This document shows, one piece after another, positions 54,967 through 64,000 of a stretch of DNA of 64,000 nt. Made by a program: the position numbers and the translations under genes. The stretch comes from an uncultured Phycisphaerales bacterium (GTDB lineage Bacteria > Planctomycetota > Phycisphaerae > Sedimentisphaerales > Anaerobacaceae). The stretch is from positions 576,001 to 640,000 of the forward strand of contig CAVYYI010000003.1 of assembly GCA_963772725.1 (NCBI GenBank). The letters run 5' to 3'. How positions within the stretch are numbered: position 1 is the first letter of the stretch; each line of letters begins with the position of its first letter. The notes under the pieces were generated by a model, which saw only the letters and a list, made by a program, of their open reading frames with translations, made no database searches and was not told where the DNA came from.

Positions 54967-56631
54967 CACAGACTCTGCAAATATACGGGAGCTTTGCCTG
55001 AGATTAAAACCCATTCTCGGGTTCAAGATGGATAAAGTCTATCAGGCATACATGGCAGAGGATGAAGCAGGTAAAGAGCAGATTGAGAATTATCTGCAGC
55101 AATTAACAGCTAAATACTTACCAACAAAACTGAGCGAAAGCAGTACCTCTTTACTTCCACCATCAAAGGAGCAGGCTGCTGGAGAGTATTTTCTGGGCAA
55201 AGTCCAATATGCAGGAAAAGATTTATGTGATTTTGGCCTGAGGGAGGATGAATGGATCCAGCATATGGCTATCCTGGGCAGAAGCGGCGCTGGTAAAACC
55301 AACATTGGTTTTCTGGTGCTGAAAGGGCTTAAACAAAAAAATAAGCCATTTCTTGTCTTCGATTGGAAAAGAAATTATCGCGATTTGGTTTCACTGCCAG
55401 AATTTAAAGATGTTGAGGTTTATACTGTCGGCAGGAACATTGCCCCGTTTACATTCAATCCTTTGATTCCACCGGCTGGTACCAACCCAAAAACCTGGTT
55501 AAAAAAGCTCAATGAAGTTATTGCCCATGCATACTGCCTTGGAAATGGCGTATTGTTTTTACTCCAGCAGGCTGTTGATGAAGTATATGAGGAAGCGGGA
55601 GTTTATGACGGCACTGTTGAAAAATGGCCTACATTTAAGGATGTTTTGATAAAGGCAAGGGGCATGGATGCTCGTGGCAGAGAATCAGGCTGGCTATCTT
55701 CTACATTAAGGGCATTGGCTACGCTATGTTTTGGAGACATGGATACATTACTTAATACCAATACAATAAAAGTATCGACCATATTCTTGATAAGAACGTT
55801 ATTTTAGAACTGGATGCCCTTACCCAGTCGGATAAAACATTTTTTGTACAAGCCTGTATGCTATATTTGCATCATAAGCGTATGACTGAAGAAAGAAGAG
55901 AGAATTTCAAACATGCGATAATTATTGAAGAGGCCCATCATGTATTGAGCGATGAGCGAAGGTCACTTGTCGGCGGCCAATCTGTGATGGATATTATATT
56001 CCGTGAGATACGTGAATTCGGTGTCAGCCTTATATTACTGGACCAGCATCCAAGTAAAATATCTCTTTACGCATTGGGAAATAGTTATACAACGATCTGC
56101 ATGAATTTAAAACACAAGACAGATATTAATGCCATAGGCCAGTGCATGTTACTGGATAAGGAAAAAGACATCCTGGGTTCACTCGAAGTTGGCCAGGCAG
56201 TTGTAAAACTTCAAGGCAGGATTGCACAGCCATTTCAAATTTCAATACCTGAATTTGTCATTGAAAAAGGCAGAATCACAGATACTTATGTTAAAAAACA
56301 TATGCAGGATATTGCTCCAGTTATAGCTGAACAGGATTTTCGTTTGCCGGCCAGTACAGAAGGCGATAGCACAATAAGCAAAAAAAATGACTTAGCTAAA
56401 AACATGGAACTGGCCTTTTTGCTGGATATTAAAGATTATCCTGACAGCGGAATAGCTGCCAGATATAAGCGGCTTGGCTTATCTGTCAGGCAGGGCCAGA
56501 AATTAAAAGCTCAGGTTTTACAACAATCATTCATTGAGGAGACTATTGAAACTACTAAAACCGGCAGGATCATCGCCATAACGCTAACAAACAAGGGCAT
56601 GGTTAAAGTATCAGGTTCACAAAAGGGGTAG
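54956..56631 (+). CDS. HerA/VirB4-like (DUF87-type) ATPase with C-terminal HTH-like region (frameshift near 55765)
   Basis: HMAILGRSGAGKT, FDWKRNY, FNPL, IIIEEAH, EIREFG, DQHPS; GGAGG SD before ATG 54956. Confidence 0.85.
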
Positions 56632-57303
56632 TTGGGCTAATTTTTATCCTGTCGAATATACCAATTTAATTATTTTCTTTAATGTCGCTGCAACAAAGAC
56701 TTACGATTTATTTATCATTATTTATCCAGGCGAATATATAAACAGTAAAAAATAAATAAATAGAAATAGGCCATTTAGACTATTAAAAAGAGTGCGGTTT
56801 ACGCGTCAAATCGATCGTTTAAGGCTATTGTTTTGTTTATTATTTTTGGTCTAACATACCGCCGGCTATATCAATCGTTCTCGCATTATACAGACTATTC
56901 AGAAAACAAAGGCCTTTATAAATCTTTCCTGCTACTCCGAAGTGAAAACACAGTATCAAGAATTATGGTTTTGGAGATTAAGCTCACGCGTAAACTGCAC
57001 ATACATTTTATATGCCCAATTATTTTCTGCCGTATTGCCGGCTATTAAAGCTATCCAGACTAGGCAAAGAGCTTAGTTTAGTAGAAACAATAATGGGGAG
57101 TAGACAAAGTAAGTAAGGATAAACCTTGCCTCTTTTTTTGAAACCTCAACATGCCAATTTTAAAAGCTTGTGCAGTAATACCAGAAAGCTCGACAAAATG
57201 GTTTTAGCATTCTTGATAAAAAAGGTAATGTTGAACAATACCTTACAGGCACAGGAAAAGACGGAAGGAATTGTTTATCAGGTTAAACTGTGGCTATTAC
57301 ATA

Positions 57304-57474
57304 TCAGGGACGCCCAGGGCCAATTTTGGAACCGCCTTGACCGTGTTCCTTCCACCAATTTTCGGTGAGAACCTTTCCCTTCCTATGCATTTCACTCCTT
57401 TCCTCATTTGACATATATCGTGGGAAAATATCAGAATCGTTCTTTTGTTTTTGTTCTTCCTTTTCTTCAGGCAT
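57304..57474 (-). CDS. 56-aa hypothetical protein
   Basis: Manual translation MPEEKEEQ...GPGRP with AGAAAGGAG SD; follows ORF 57504-57806. Confidence 0.5.
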   Translation of the reverse strand: MPEEKEEQKQKNDSDIFPRYMSNEERSEMHRKGKVLTENWWKEHGQGGSKIGPGRP

Positions 57475-57503
57475 TTTAAGTCTCCTTTCTAAATTCTTGG
57501 CAA

Positions 57504-57806
57504 TTATTCTTCATCAGAAAACGCATAGCATTCACCGATAGGTGACTGATCACACTTGATCCATGCTTTGACCTGGCAACCAGGGAAAACCGCCAAAACG
57601 CCACCGTTTTTATTGATAGCAATCAATTGCCATCTTTCAGAAGAGTGGAAGTGTTCCACTGGTATTTCTGCATCCGTAATGATTTGCCATCTCTTTGCCC
57701 AAAAGAAAAGATAACGGTGTCCATCCTGGGCTAAAGTCCAATTAATTAAAGTTATCACACCTGTAACATATTCCTCTGGTTTTTTGGGGCTTTTTACTAA
57801 AAGCAC
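57504..57806 (-). CDS. Hypothetical protein
   Basis: AGGAG SD before GTG; upstream TTGACA-N18-TATTAT at 57966-57995. Confidence 0.55.
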   Translation of the reverse strand: MLLVKSPKKPEEYVTGVITLINWTLAQDGHRYLFFWAKRWQIITDAEIPVEHFHSSERWQLIAINKNGGVLAVFPGCQVKAWIKCDQSPIGECYAFSDEE

Positions 57807-58015
57807 ATTAGTTCTCCTATTGACTTTTACTTACTTTCGGCTGTTTGTCGGCAACTGTTTCAACGTATACGTTACTTTCAGTAGCTTTCCTTGCTCTGCA
57901 AACTCAGATGAAACCTGACAAACTAACTCAAGCTGCGTAAAAGCTTGACCATTTTGCTAAGAGAGATAATACTAAATAGATTCAGGGAATGTCAACCTTA
58001 TTTTCGAATCTTTTT

Positions 58016-59308
58016 GGGATAGGAAGGGAACATCGTATCCCCCTGAAAAGGATTAGGTGTATGACACAGGAGCAGTATCAAAAGCTGATAAGGATAAGTA
58101 AGGGCAGGGGTTAACCCCTGCGGCGAAAGTCTCATAATAAAAACCTGTTAAATAAAAAAGACCCTCAGAAACGATAGAAAATATTTATCACCATATTACT
58201 ATCTTGAGGGTCGTTTATGGGTGTCTATGAATATTATATCGTAATAGAGGCTATGAAAACTAAAGCTGATAAATTTGATTTGCGTCTAAAGATGGTTCAA
58301 TATGCCATCACTGAAGGCATCAAACCTGCTGCAAGAGCGTTCGGTACTACTGTCAGAACCGTACGCAAATGGCTGAGGCGTTATCAGCAGGAAAGACTGG
58401 CCGGCTTAAACGAGCTGCCCAGAATTCCCCTTGCTTGTCCGCATAAAATCTCTCCGATATTAGAACGAAAAATCGTTAATCTGCGTAAGCAGTTCGTCTT
58501 CAAAGGAGCTAAACGTCTTAAATATGAACACAACATACCATGCAGCCATCAGGCCATCTCAAGAATATTACGAGAACACGGCCTGATTAAAAAAAGACGC
58601 AAAAAGCATAAACGCAAAAGAGACCTTTCTGCCATAAAGAAGAAATGGCCTTTATTTGGCCAGATAACAGCAGATACCAAGGATTTGAAGGATATACCCC
58701 ATTACTGGCCGCAGATGAAAAAACTGGGTTTGCCTAAATATCAGTTCACCGCAAGAGAGGTAAGAACCGGCCTTATGTTCCTGGGCTTTGCGAATGAAAA
58801 AACCGCATCCAACGCCTGTTTATTCGCCCGGATACTCTGCGGGCATCTGAAGAACTGCGGTATTGATATGAGTAAGCTGAAATTCCAGACAGATAATGGT
58901 TCAGAGTTTATCGGCTGCTTCAGAGATGACAGGAGCAGAGATGGTTTTGAAAGAATTGTTAAGGGCTTCGGATGTACTCACAGGAGGATACCGCCAAGAG
59001 CATGGAGTTATAACAGCGACGTAGAGACCGTCCACAGTACAATCGAACTTGAGTTCTATGACCTGGAAAACTTCGAGTCCATAAAAGACTTTCATCAGCG
59101 GGTTGCTTCTTATCAGGCCTGGTACAATATTGTAAGGGTCAACAGCAATAAGGATTATAAAAGTCCCTGGCAGATAATCAAAGAACTCAATCCAAAAATG
59201 AATATTGAACTTGCAAGATTGCCGCCGTTGATGTTAGACTGGCTTGGACCTGATTATATAGCTCGTGATGAACTTGACCTAAGGGGGTACGATGTACCCT
59301 GTTATCCC
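58016..59308 (+). mobile_element. IS481-like DDE element with 17-bp target duplication
   Basis: Imperfect IR GGGATA...ACATCGTA.CCCCCT; flanking direct repeat TATTTTCGAATCTTTTT at 57999-58015 and 59309-59325. Confidence 0.85.
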
Positions 59309-59386
59309 TATTTTCGAATCTTTTTTCGAATCTTTTCGAATCTTTATTTTTTAGTCATATTCTGTAAGGAACAATTCTTTTTATGA
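58217..59386 (+). CDS. IS481-like transposase (HTH plus integrase core), stop codon outside the element
   Basis: AARAFGTTVRTVRKW HTH; ADTKD, QTDNGSEF, NSDVET DDE residues. Confidence 0.88.
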   Translation: MGVYEYYIVIEAMKTKADKFDLRLKMVQYAITEGIKPAARAFGTTVRTVRKWLRRYQQERLAGLNELPRIPLACPHKISPILERKIVNLRKQFVFKGAKRLKYEHNIPCSHQAISRILREHGLIKKRRKKHKRKRDLSAIKKKWPLFGQITADTKDLKDIPHYWPQMKKLGLPKYQFTAREVRTGLMFLGFANEKTASNACLFARILCGHLKNCGIDMSKLKFQTDNGSEFIGCFRDDRSRDGFERIVKGFGCTHRRIPPRAWSYNSDVETVHSTIELEFYDLENFESIKDFHQRVASYQAWYNIVRVNSNKDYKSPWQIIKELNPKMNIELARLPPLMLDWLGPDYIARDELDLRGYDVPCYPYFRIFFRIFSNLYFLVIFCKEQFFL

Positions 59387-59490
59387 AAATGAAACGGTAT
59401 TGTCAAAAGTAAATTCTTTAGTTTACTCCTGCGAGAATATCGTTAAAATAAGGCTATTATTCTGAACAAGAACAGGAAAATTATCAAGCT

Positions 59491-60141
59491 ATGAGTAGCG
59501 AAAACCAAATTCAGTTAGTATGCCGATGGCAGCAGACCAAGGATGACGAGATTGGGGGGCAGTTGTGGAATCTGATTCTGTCCAAGATTGAGAAAAAAAT
59601 TCAGAATATTACCCAAAATCTTGGCCTAGGAGTTGATTATCAAGATATTTTACAAGAAACATTCATTGACTTTAGAGAAAAAGTTATAAGTGGATACTTT
59701 AAGCCGCAAGGAACTGCTATTCCCAGTACATTCGCTTTCAACATAGCTATCCATAAGATATTGTCGGAGGTTAAAAGGAGAAGGCAAGAATCAAAAGCCC
59801 TTAAAAAAAAGGAACGGACCAGCCTGGAAGAAAAAGGAGACGATCCGGTTGAATTAGCAGACAAACAGGATGCCATCTCTTTTTCTATTAAAGCATTTGA
59901 GGAACTCAAAGAACCTATGAAAACTGTGTTTTGTCTTCGAAATGGTATACGCATTTGTCATGGCCTGGTAATTGATGATGAAGCAATGACTAATAGTGAG
60001 ATTGGTAATAAATATGGTAAAAGTAGGGGGTGGACTTCAGAACAGTATACTAAAGCGAGAATAATTCTTCAGAAAAAGTTATTTAGGAAAATGAGAAAAC
60101 GTGATAGCCGAGGATCTACCAAGGAGATTTGGCATGAGTAA
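59491..60141 (+). CDS. ECF-type sigma factor
   Basis: Region 2 (DYQDILQETFIDF, TFAFNIAIHKI) and region 4 (LKEPMKTVFCLR, MTNSEIG...SRGWTSEQYTKAR). Confidence 0.8.
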   Translation: MSSENQIQLVCRWQQTKDDEIGGQLWNLILSKIEKKIQNITQNLGLGVDYQDILQETFIDFREKVISGYFKPQGTAIPSTFAFNIAIHKILSEVKRRRQESKALKKKERTSLEEKGDDPVELADKQDAISFSIKAFEELKEPMKTVFCLRNGIRICHGLVIDDEAMTNSEIGNKYGKSRGWTSEQYTKARIILQKKLFRKMRKRDSRGSTKEIWHE

Positions 60142-61186
60142 AAATGAAATACAAATAAACTCCGAAACTCTATATGACTTAGTGGCTGCAATTGCAGGCG
60201 AAGGTACAACAATTTCAAGATATTTACCTCTTTGTGAACATCTTTGGCAAAACGCGCAGAGTCGCATCTGGCTCATAGCGGCCCTGATACGAAAGGCTGG
60301 TATCTTAACAACTGAACCAGATGAGGCATGCCTGGAGTTCCTTGCTAATAAAGCTCTACGCAACTTAGGCTGTAACCAAGAAAAGCAAGTGTCAAAAGAA
60401 ACAGTCGCCGAATTCTTGCCCGCGGTTATTCAGTTAATGCCTGAATATGTATGGGAGAAACCTTTAAAACTTTGGAATGAACTGCTTCGGGCTTTAAAGG
60501 ATGAATATGGGTTGAAAACACCCATTAAAAATTCTAATGTATCTTCGGCATTCGGTTCTAAAGAGGAGTATTTAGCAAGATTTTTAGTTAACGCTGTCGG
60601 GGGACATTGGGATGAAAATCTCGACAAACAGTTAGGAACATGGGAAGGCCAAGCGGAATATGAGTGGTTATCAGCCCTTAAAGACTCTGCACAGTTTGAA
60701 ATTACAATAGATAAGGTTAAGCAAAAACACCTAATGCAATACATCTTCAATGATCGCAGCTTATTTGATAAATTTTCTAAAATGAAAGCTTTTGAACAAC
60801 GCAGACTTTTAATTGTCAGAGAGACACAAACACCGAAAATAGTGTGGGCGGAGATTGAAATAGAGAATAAAGTAAGGGCAATAACGTGGAGATTCTATCT
60901 ACCTTTTGAAAGAGAATCAAGATTTGAAATATATCTAAGTGAACGTTTAATCGGAGAAATAAATCTTATTAGGCAGCCAAGTGGAGGCTTACTTATCGAA
61001 AAGACCACAGGGATTTGTATGTTATTAAAAATCAAGTTTCCAAAAGAATTAACCGTAAAAAAAGCTGCTGCAGACCATTCTTCTGAACTTATTCCACTTA
61101 TGTCTATGGTAACTGGAGGGGTTAAGCTTGTTGGTGATAAAGAGGGATTATTAATATTGCGATGGTGTGCTGAGGATAAAGCATGA
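60134..61186 (+). CDS. Hypothetical soluble protein (about 350 aa) in the anti-sigma position
   Basis: AAGGAG SD, start overlaps the sigma stop; no TM; helical N-part and beta-rich C-part. Confidence 0.65.
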   Translation: MSKNEIQINSETLYDLVAAIAGEGTTISRYLPLCEHLWQNAQSRIWLIAALIRKAGILTTEPDEACLEFLANKALRNLGCNQEKQVSKETVAEFLPAVIQLMPEYVWEKPLKLWNELLRALKDEYGLKTPIKNSNVSSAFGSKEEYLARFLVNAVGGHWDENLDKQLGTWEGQAEYEWLSALKDSAQFEITIDKVKQKHLMQYIFNDRSLFDKFSKMKAFEQRRLLIVRETQTPKIVWAEIEIENKVRAITWRFYLPFERESRFEIYLSERLIGEINLIRQPSGGLLIEKTTGICMLLKIKFPKELTVKKAAADHSSELIPLMSMVTGGVKLVGDKEGLLILRWCAEDKA

Positions 61187-63553
61187 TAAGTGTACCACTG
61201 GTTTCGGTTTTACGAGAAGGCCTTATAGAGAATTTTAATTTCCAGTTGGAGTACCTAAATCCTCAAGCTCCAGATATTGAACTTCGAGGTATAAGTTTCA
61301 ATGATGATCTAATTGAGCAGTTGCATATAGCAAAAAAAGCTGCCAAAGTTTTTTATTGCGACCATATATTCGGCCTTTGGCAGTTAATACATTGGAGAAT
61401 ACCAAGATAGTAGTCAGCTCGCCAAAAGGTGGGACCTATGAGGGGACATCATTTGGGCTGTCTTTTTTGATTGGTTGTTTGGCATCAGGATTAGGAATAC
61501 ATGTTCGAGAGGGACAACTGTTCTCGGCAGGATTAAGCGGATTAATCGAAGCACCAATAGTGGCCGGATGTGGTATTAAACTCCAAACTATAACAGGGAT
61601 TGGAGCCAAACTAAGCACAGCGTGTCTTGAACGTCGTTCTCGTCTGTACTTGCGTGCAGACAATGAAGAACAGATATTAAAGTTTGAGCAGGGATTTTGG
61701 AGAGGTGAGGCTGATCGAAGTTGCCTACCTTATATATTGCCAGAGCAGCTTTCTCTGGCAGCCGTAATTGCTGTAGCCTTAGAGTCTGAAAAGCTTTTGG
61801 CCAAAGCACTCTCAGTTGAGCACGGAACATCTTTTCTTTTACTTTTGTATATCATAGCAGGTGAATTATCTAACGGCGCCAGCCTGGTAAATGGTATTGG
61901 TTCGGCATTGGCGCAATTGCGAGGTGAAGGCAGGTTGAATAATGTTATGTTTTTTACAGATCTGATTCATGATATAGGTATAGAAAACATAGATAGAACA
62001 GAGGATTTGCTATTTTTGACGTATAAAAGGTGCTTAGAAAAGTGTGCAAATGACTCTCACAGAGCAGAAATTGTAAAGGCCACTATCTCTCGTAACCAAA
62101 AACTACCGTTGTTCTTAAATCTGAAGGATGTACCGTGTGATTATAAAGAATTAAATAAAGCGGATTTAGATATTTGGCTTGACCATGTCACCTGTCGGAA
62201 TTTTTTTGAACTACAAAACATACTAACCATACTTAGAACCTGCAATCAGATAGCTCCTGATTTTGAAAATTACTGGTTTAGAATTGAACAGGTAATAAAG
62301 GGAGTTTTATCAACATTTTTTGATACGATAATAGAATATTTCCGCGTAGGAAATCTAAATTTAGTAGGTAATAGTCTATCTTGTTTTTACAAATCGCAGA
62401 TCATTGATTCTATCGGACGACTAAGACCTACTTTAGTTCGAGGAGCGAATGAAATAATAGACAAATATTTAGGACAATTACAAAAATCAAATAATGAGCA
62501 GATTTGTAAAATAATCACTGTATTGCGACAGCAGTTAAAGATGTATCAACTGCCGGAAGCTTTAATAGAAATAGAACAAGAACTAGAGCCAGTGCTTGAA
62601 TTGACTTTTAGCATAGCCGACCAGAAAAATACTATAGATTTTGATAAATCGGGGGCTATCCAACCTCGGCCAGCATTGGGAAGAATTAACAACCTGCAAC
62701 TTTTGATAACGGGACCACAAGAATTGTCGCTGTTGGTTCCATCGCCGGTTTTGCTATTTGAGAATTGTCGTCGACAGCATTACAGTTTTTGTAGACGGCG
62801 AGATATGACATTAGCGGATGATACTATGAGCCGTTATCCTGAAAATGATGCTTTTACAGCTATTAAACTGTTTGATGGGCACCATTGTAATATCATAGGA
62901 TTCAAAACGAACTCAGACCATCAACATTGGCTGGCTTCAATTAAATGGCGTTCAAATCTTAACCCTTGGCCACCAGCCATTGATTCACAGTTATTAGCGG
63001 CAAGTATTGTTGAGAGCAACAGGGATTTCCAGCCATGTCGTCTGCTTGATGTCGGTTGCGGTTCAGGGTACCTGACAATAATTAGTGCCACATCATTGGC
63101 CTTGTTTGAAGGAGGCGCATTTGATTGATATTGACGTACTTGCTATTGCTGCCGCCCAAGTAAATATACAACAAGACTCTATCTGCAGAAAACTTGCAAT
63201 TCACACCTACTGGCGGGGCTTTGAGAAATTTCAAGGCAAAGGCTTCGATATTGTGTTGTGTGCCCCGCCATATCTGCCGGATCGCCCTTGGCCAGATTCC
63301 AGAATTGAAGTAGCCACCAACGGTACAGCATTGATCGAGCAGGTAGTTAGACGGGCAGGTTCGATTAGTAAAGAAACATGGATGGTATTTTCCGTATTTG
63401 CCTGGCCAGAATTTCAACGAGCTTTGGCACAAGTGCCAAATACCTACAGATTAATAGAGGTTACCAGACGCGAATTTGTACCGTTTAGAATTCCCTGGCT
63501 GGAACCAAGGCCACCCGAGGAAGATGGTAACGAAAGTGATTTTATGGCATGTC
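61183..63553 (+). CDS. Putative fusion of a Lon/S16-like protease domain, a helical region and a HemK-like class I methyltransferase (frameshifts near 61395 and 63090; truncated by IS21)
   Basis: EGTSFGLS...FSAGL...ITGIGAKL (Lon Ser-Lys pattern); PPAIDSQLL, LDVGCGSG, IDID, FDIVLCAPPY, NGTALI (HemK pattern). Confidence 0.6.
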
Positions 63554-64000
63554 TGTCCGGCGTCAATTATAATTTCCCTTCAACGACAGTTATTTTTACC
63601 GTTACTTCATAACACTTACCTTAGCTTATAGCCTTTAGGAGGTGCCCCCCATGGGGGGCAAAATTTCGGACATTACGTGTCCTTATTTTTCCGTCTCTGA
63701 GCTTCCTCAGCTCGGTAGCTCGGTACATTCAATTCAAGGATCACACTATGATGTACCAGCCGGTCAATCGCTGCTGCAGTGGTCATCGGATCCTTAAAGA
63801 TGACTTCCCATTTACTGAACGGCAGATTGCTGGTAATCAACACGCTGCCACGTTCATAACAATGAGCTAATAAGGTAAACAGCACCTCCATCTCCTCGCG
63901 GTTCTGTTTGACATAGCCGAAGTCATCTATCATCAATGCCTCGTACTGTGACAGCTTCTTGAGCCATTTGTCCAGCTTCAACTCCTGCTTGGCTCGTAAT
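63554..64000 (-). mobile_element. IS21-family element copy 4 (right end and istB 3' part; runs off the window)
   Basis: Same right end TGTCCGGCGTCAATTAT and istB C-terminus. Confidence 0.95.

Noticed and set aside
44097..56631. Prophage or conjugative ICE
   Set aside because: No capsid, terminase, portal, tail, relaxase or VirB-like membrane cluster recognised.
62950..63553. DNA methyltransferase of an R-M system
   Set aside because: Motif context (P..DS.LL before motif I, xPPY followed by a G-x-x-L helix) fits HemK-like enzymes; no restriction gene adjacent.
1..64000. CRISPR array or cas genes
   Set aside because: No regularly spaced 25-45 bp repeats with unique spacers and no Cas motifs; the long repeats are IS copies.

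Overview
Bacterial chromosomal window; gene content suggests an anaerobic Planctomycetota (Phycisphaerae/Sedimentisphaerales-like) host, which is an inference. Bases 1-20.7 kb are core or metabolic genes: an alkaline-phosphatase-superfamily gene, coaD, a fused ETF beta-alpha with ETF oxidoreductase, a corrinoid protein plus UroD/MtaA-like methyltransferase, a large HTH-extended sigma-70, addAB, a Tat arylsulfatase and ispG. An intergenic candidate ECF-driven anti-SD sRNA and a MITE-like palindrome lie between addB and the sulfatase. From about 20.75 kb to the end is a visibly more AT-rich, heavily IS-scrambled island (IS5, IS66, IS630, IS982, ISKra4, four IS21 copies, IS110, IS481-like). It holds stacked tRNA-Phe/Val/Ser 3'-end att scars, a Mod-remnant/N6-MTase/PIN operon, and an integrative element with an archaeal-type Cdc6/Orc1 initiator, a HerA-like ATPase and a catalytic-domain-only tyrosine recombinase. 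It ends with a translationally coupled ECF sigma / unknown protein / Lon-protease-like+HemK-like methyltransferase operon, the best candidate for an undescribed system. Many small-indel frameshifts, including in addA and ispG, suggest sequencing or assembly error, so split ORFs were reconstructed by eye.
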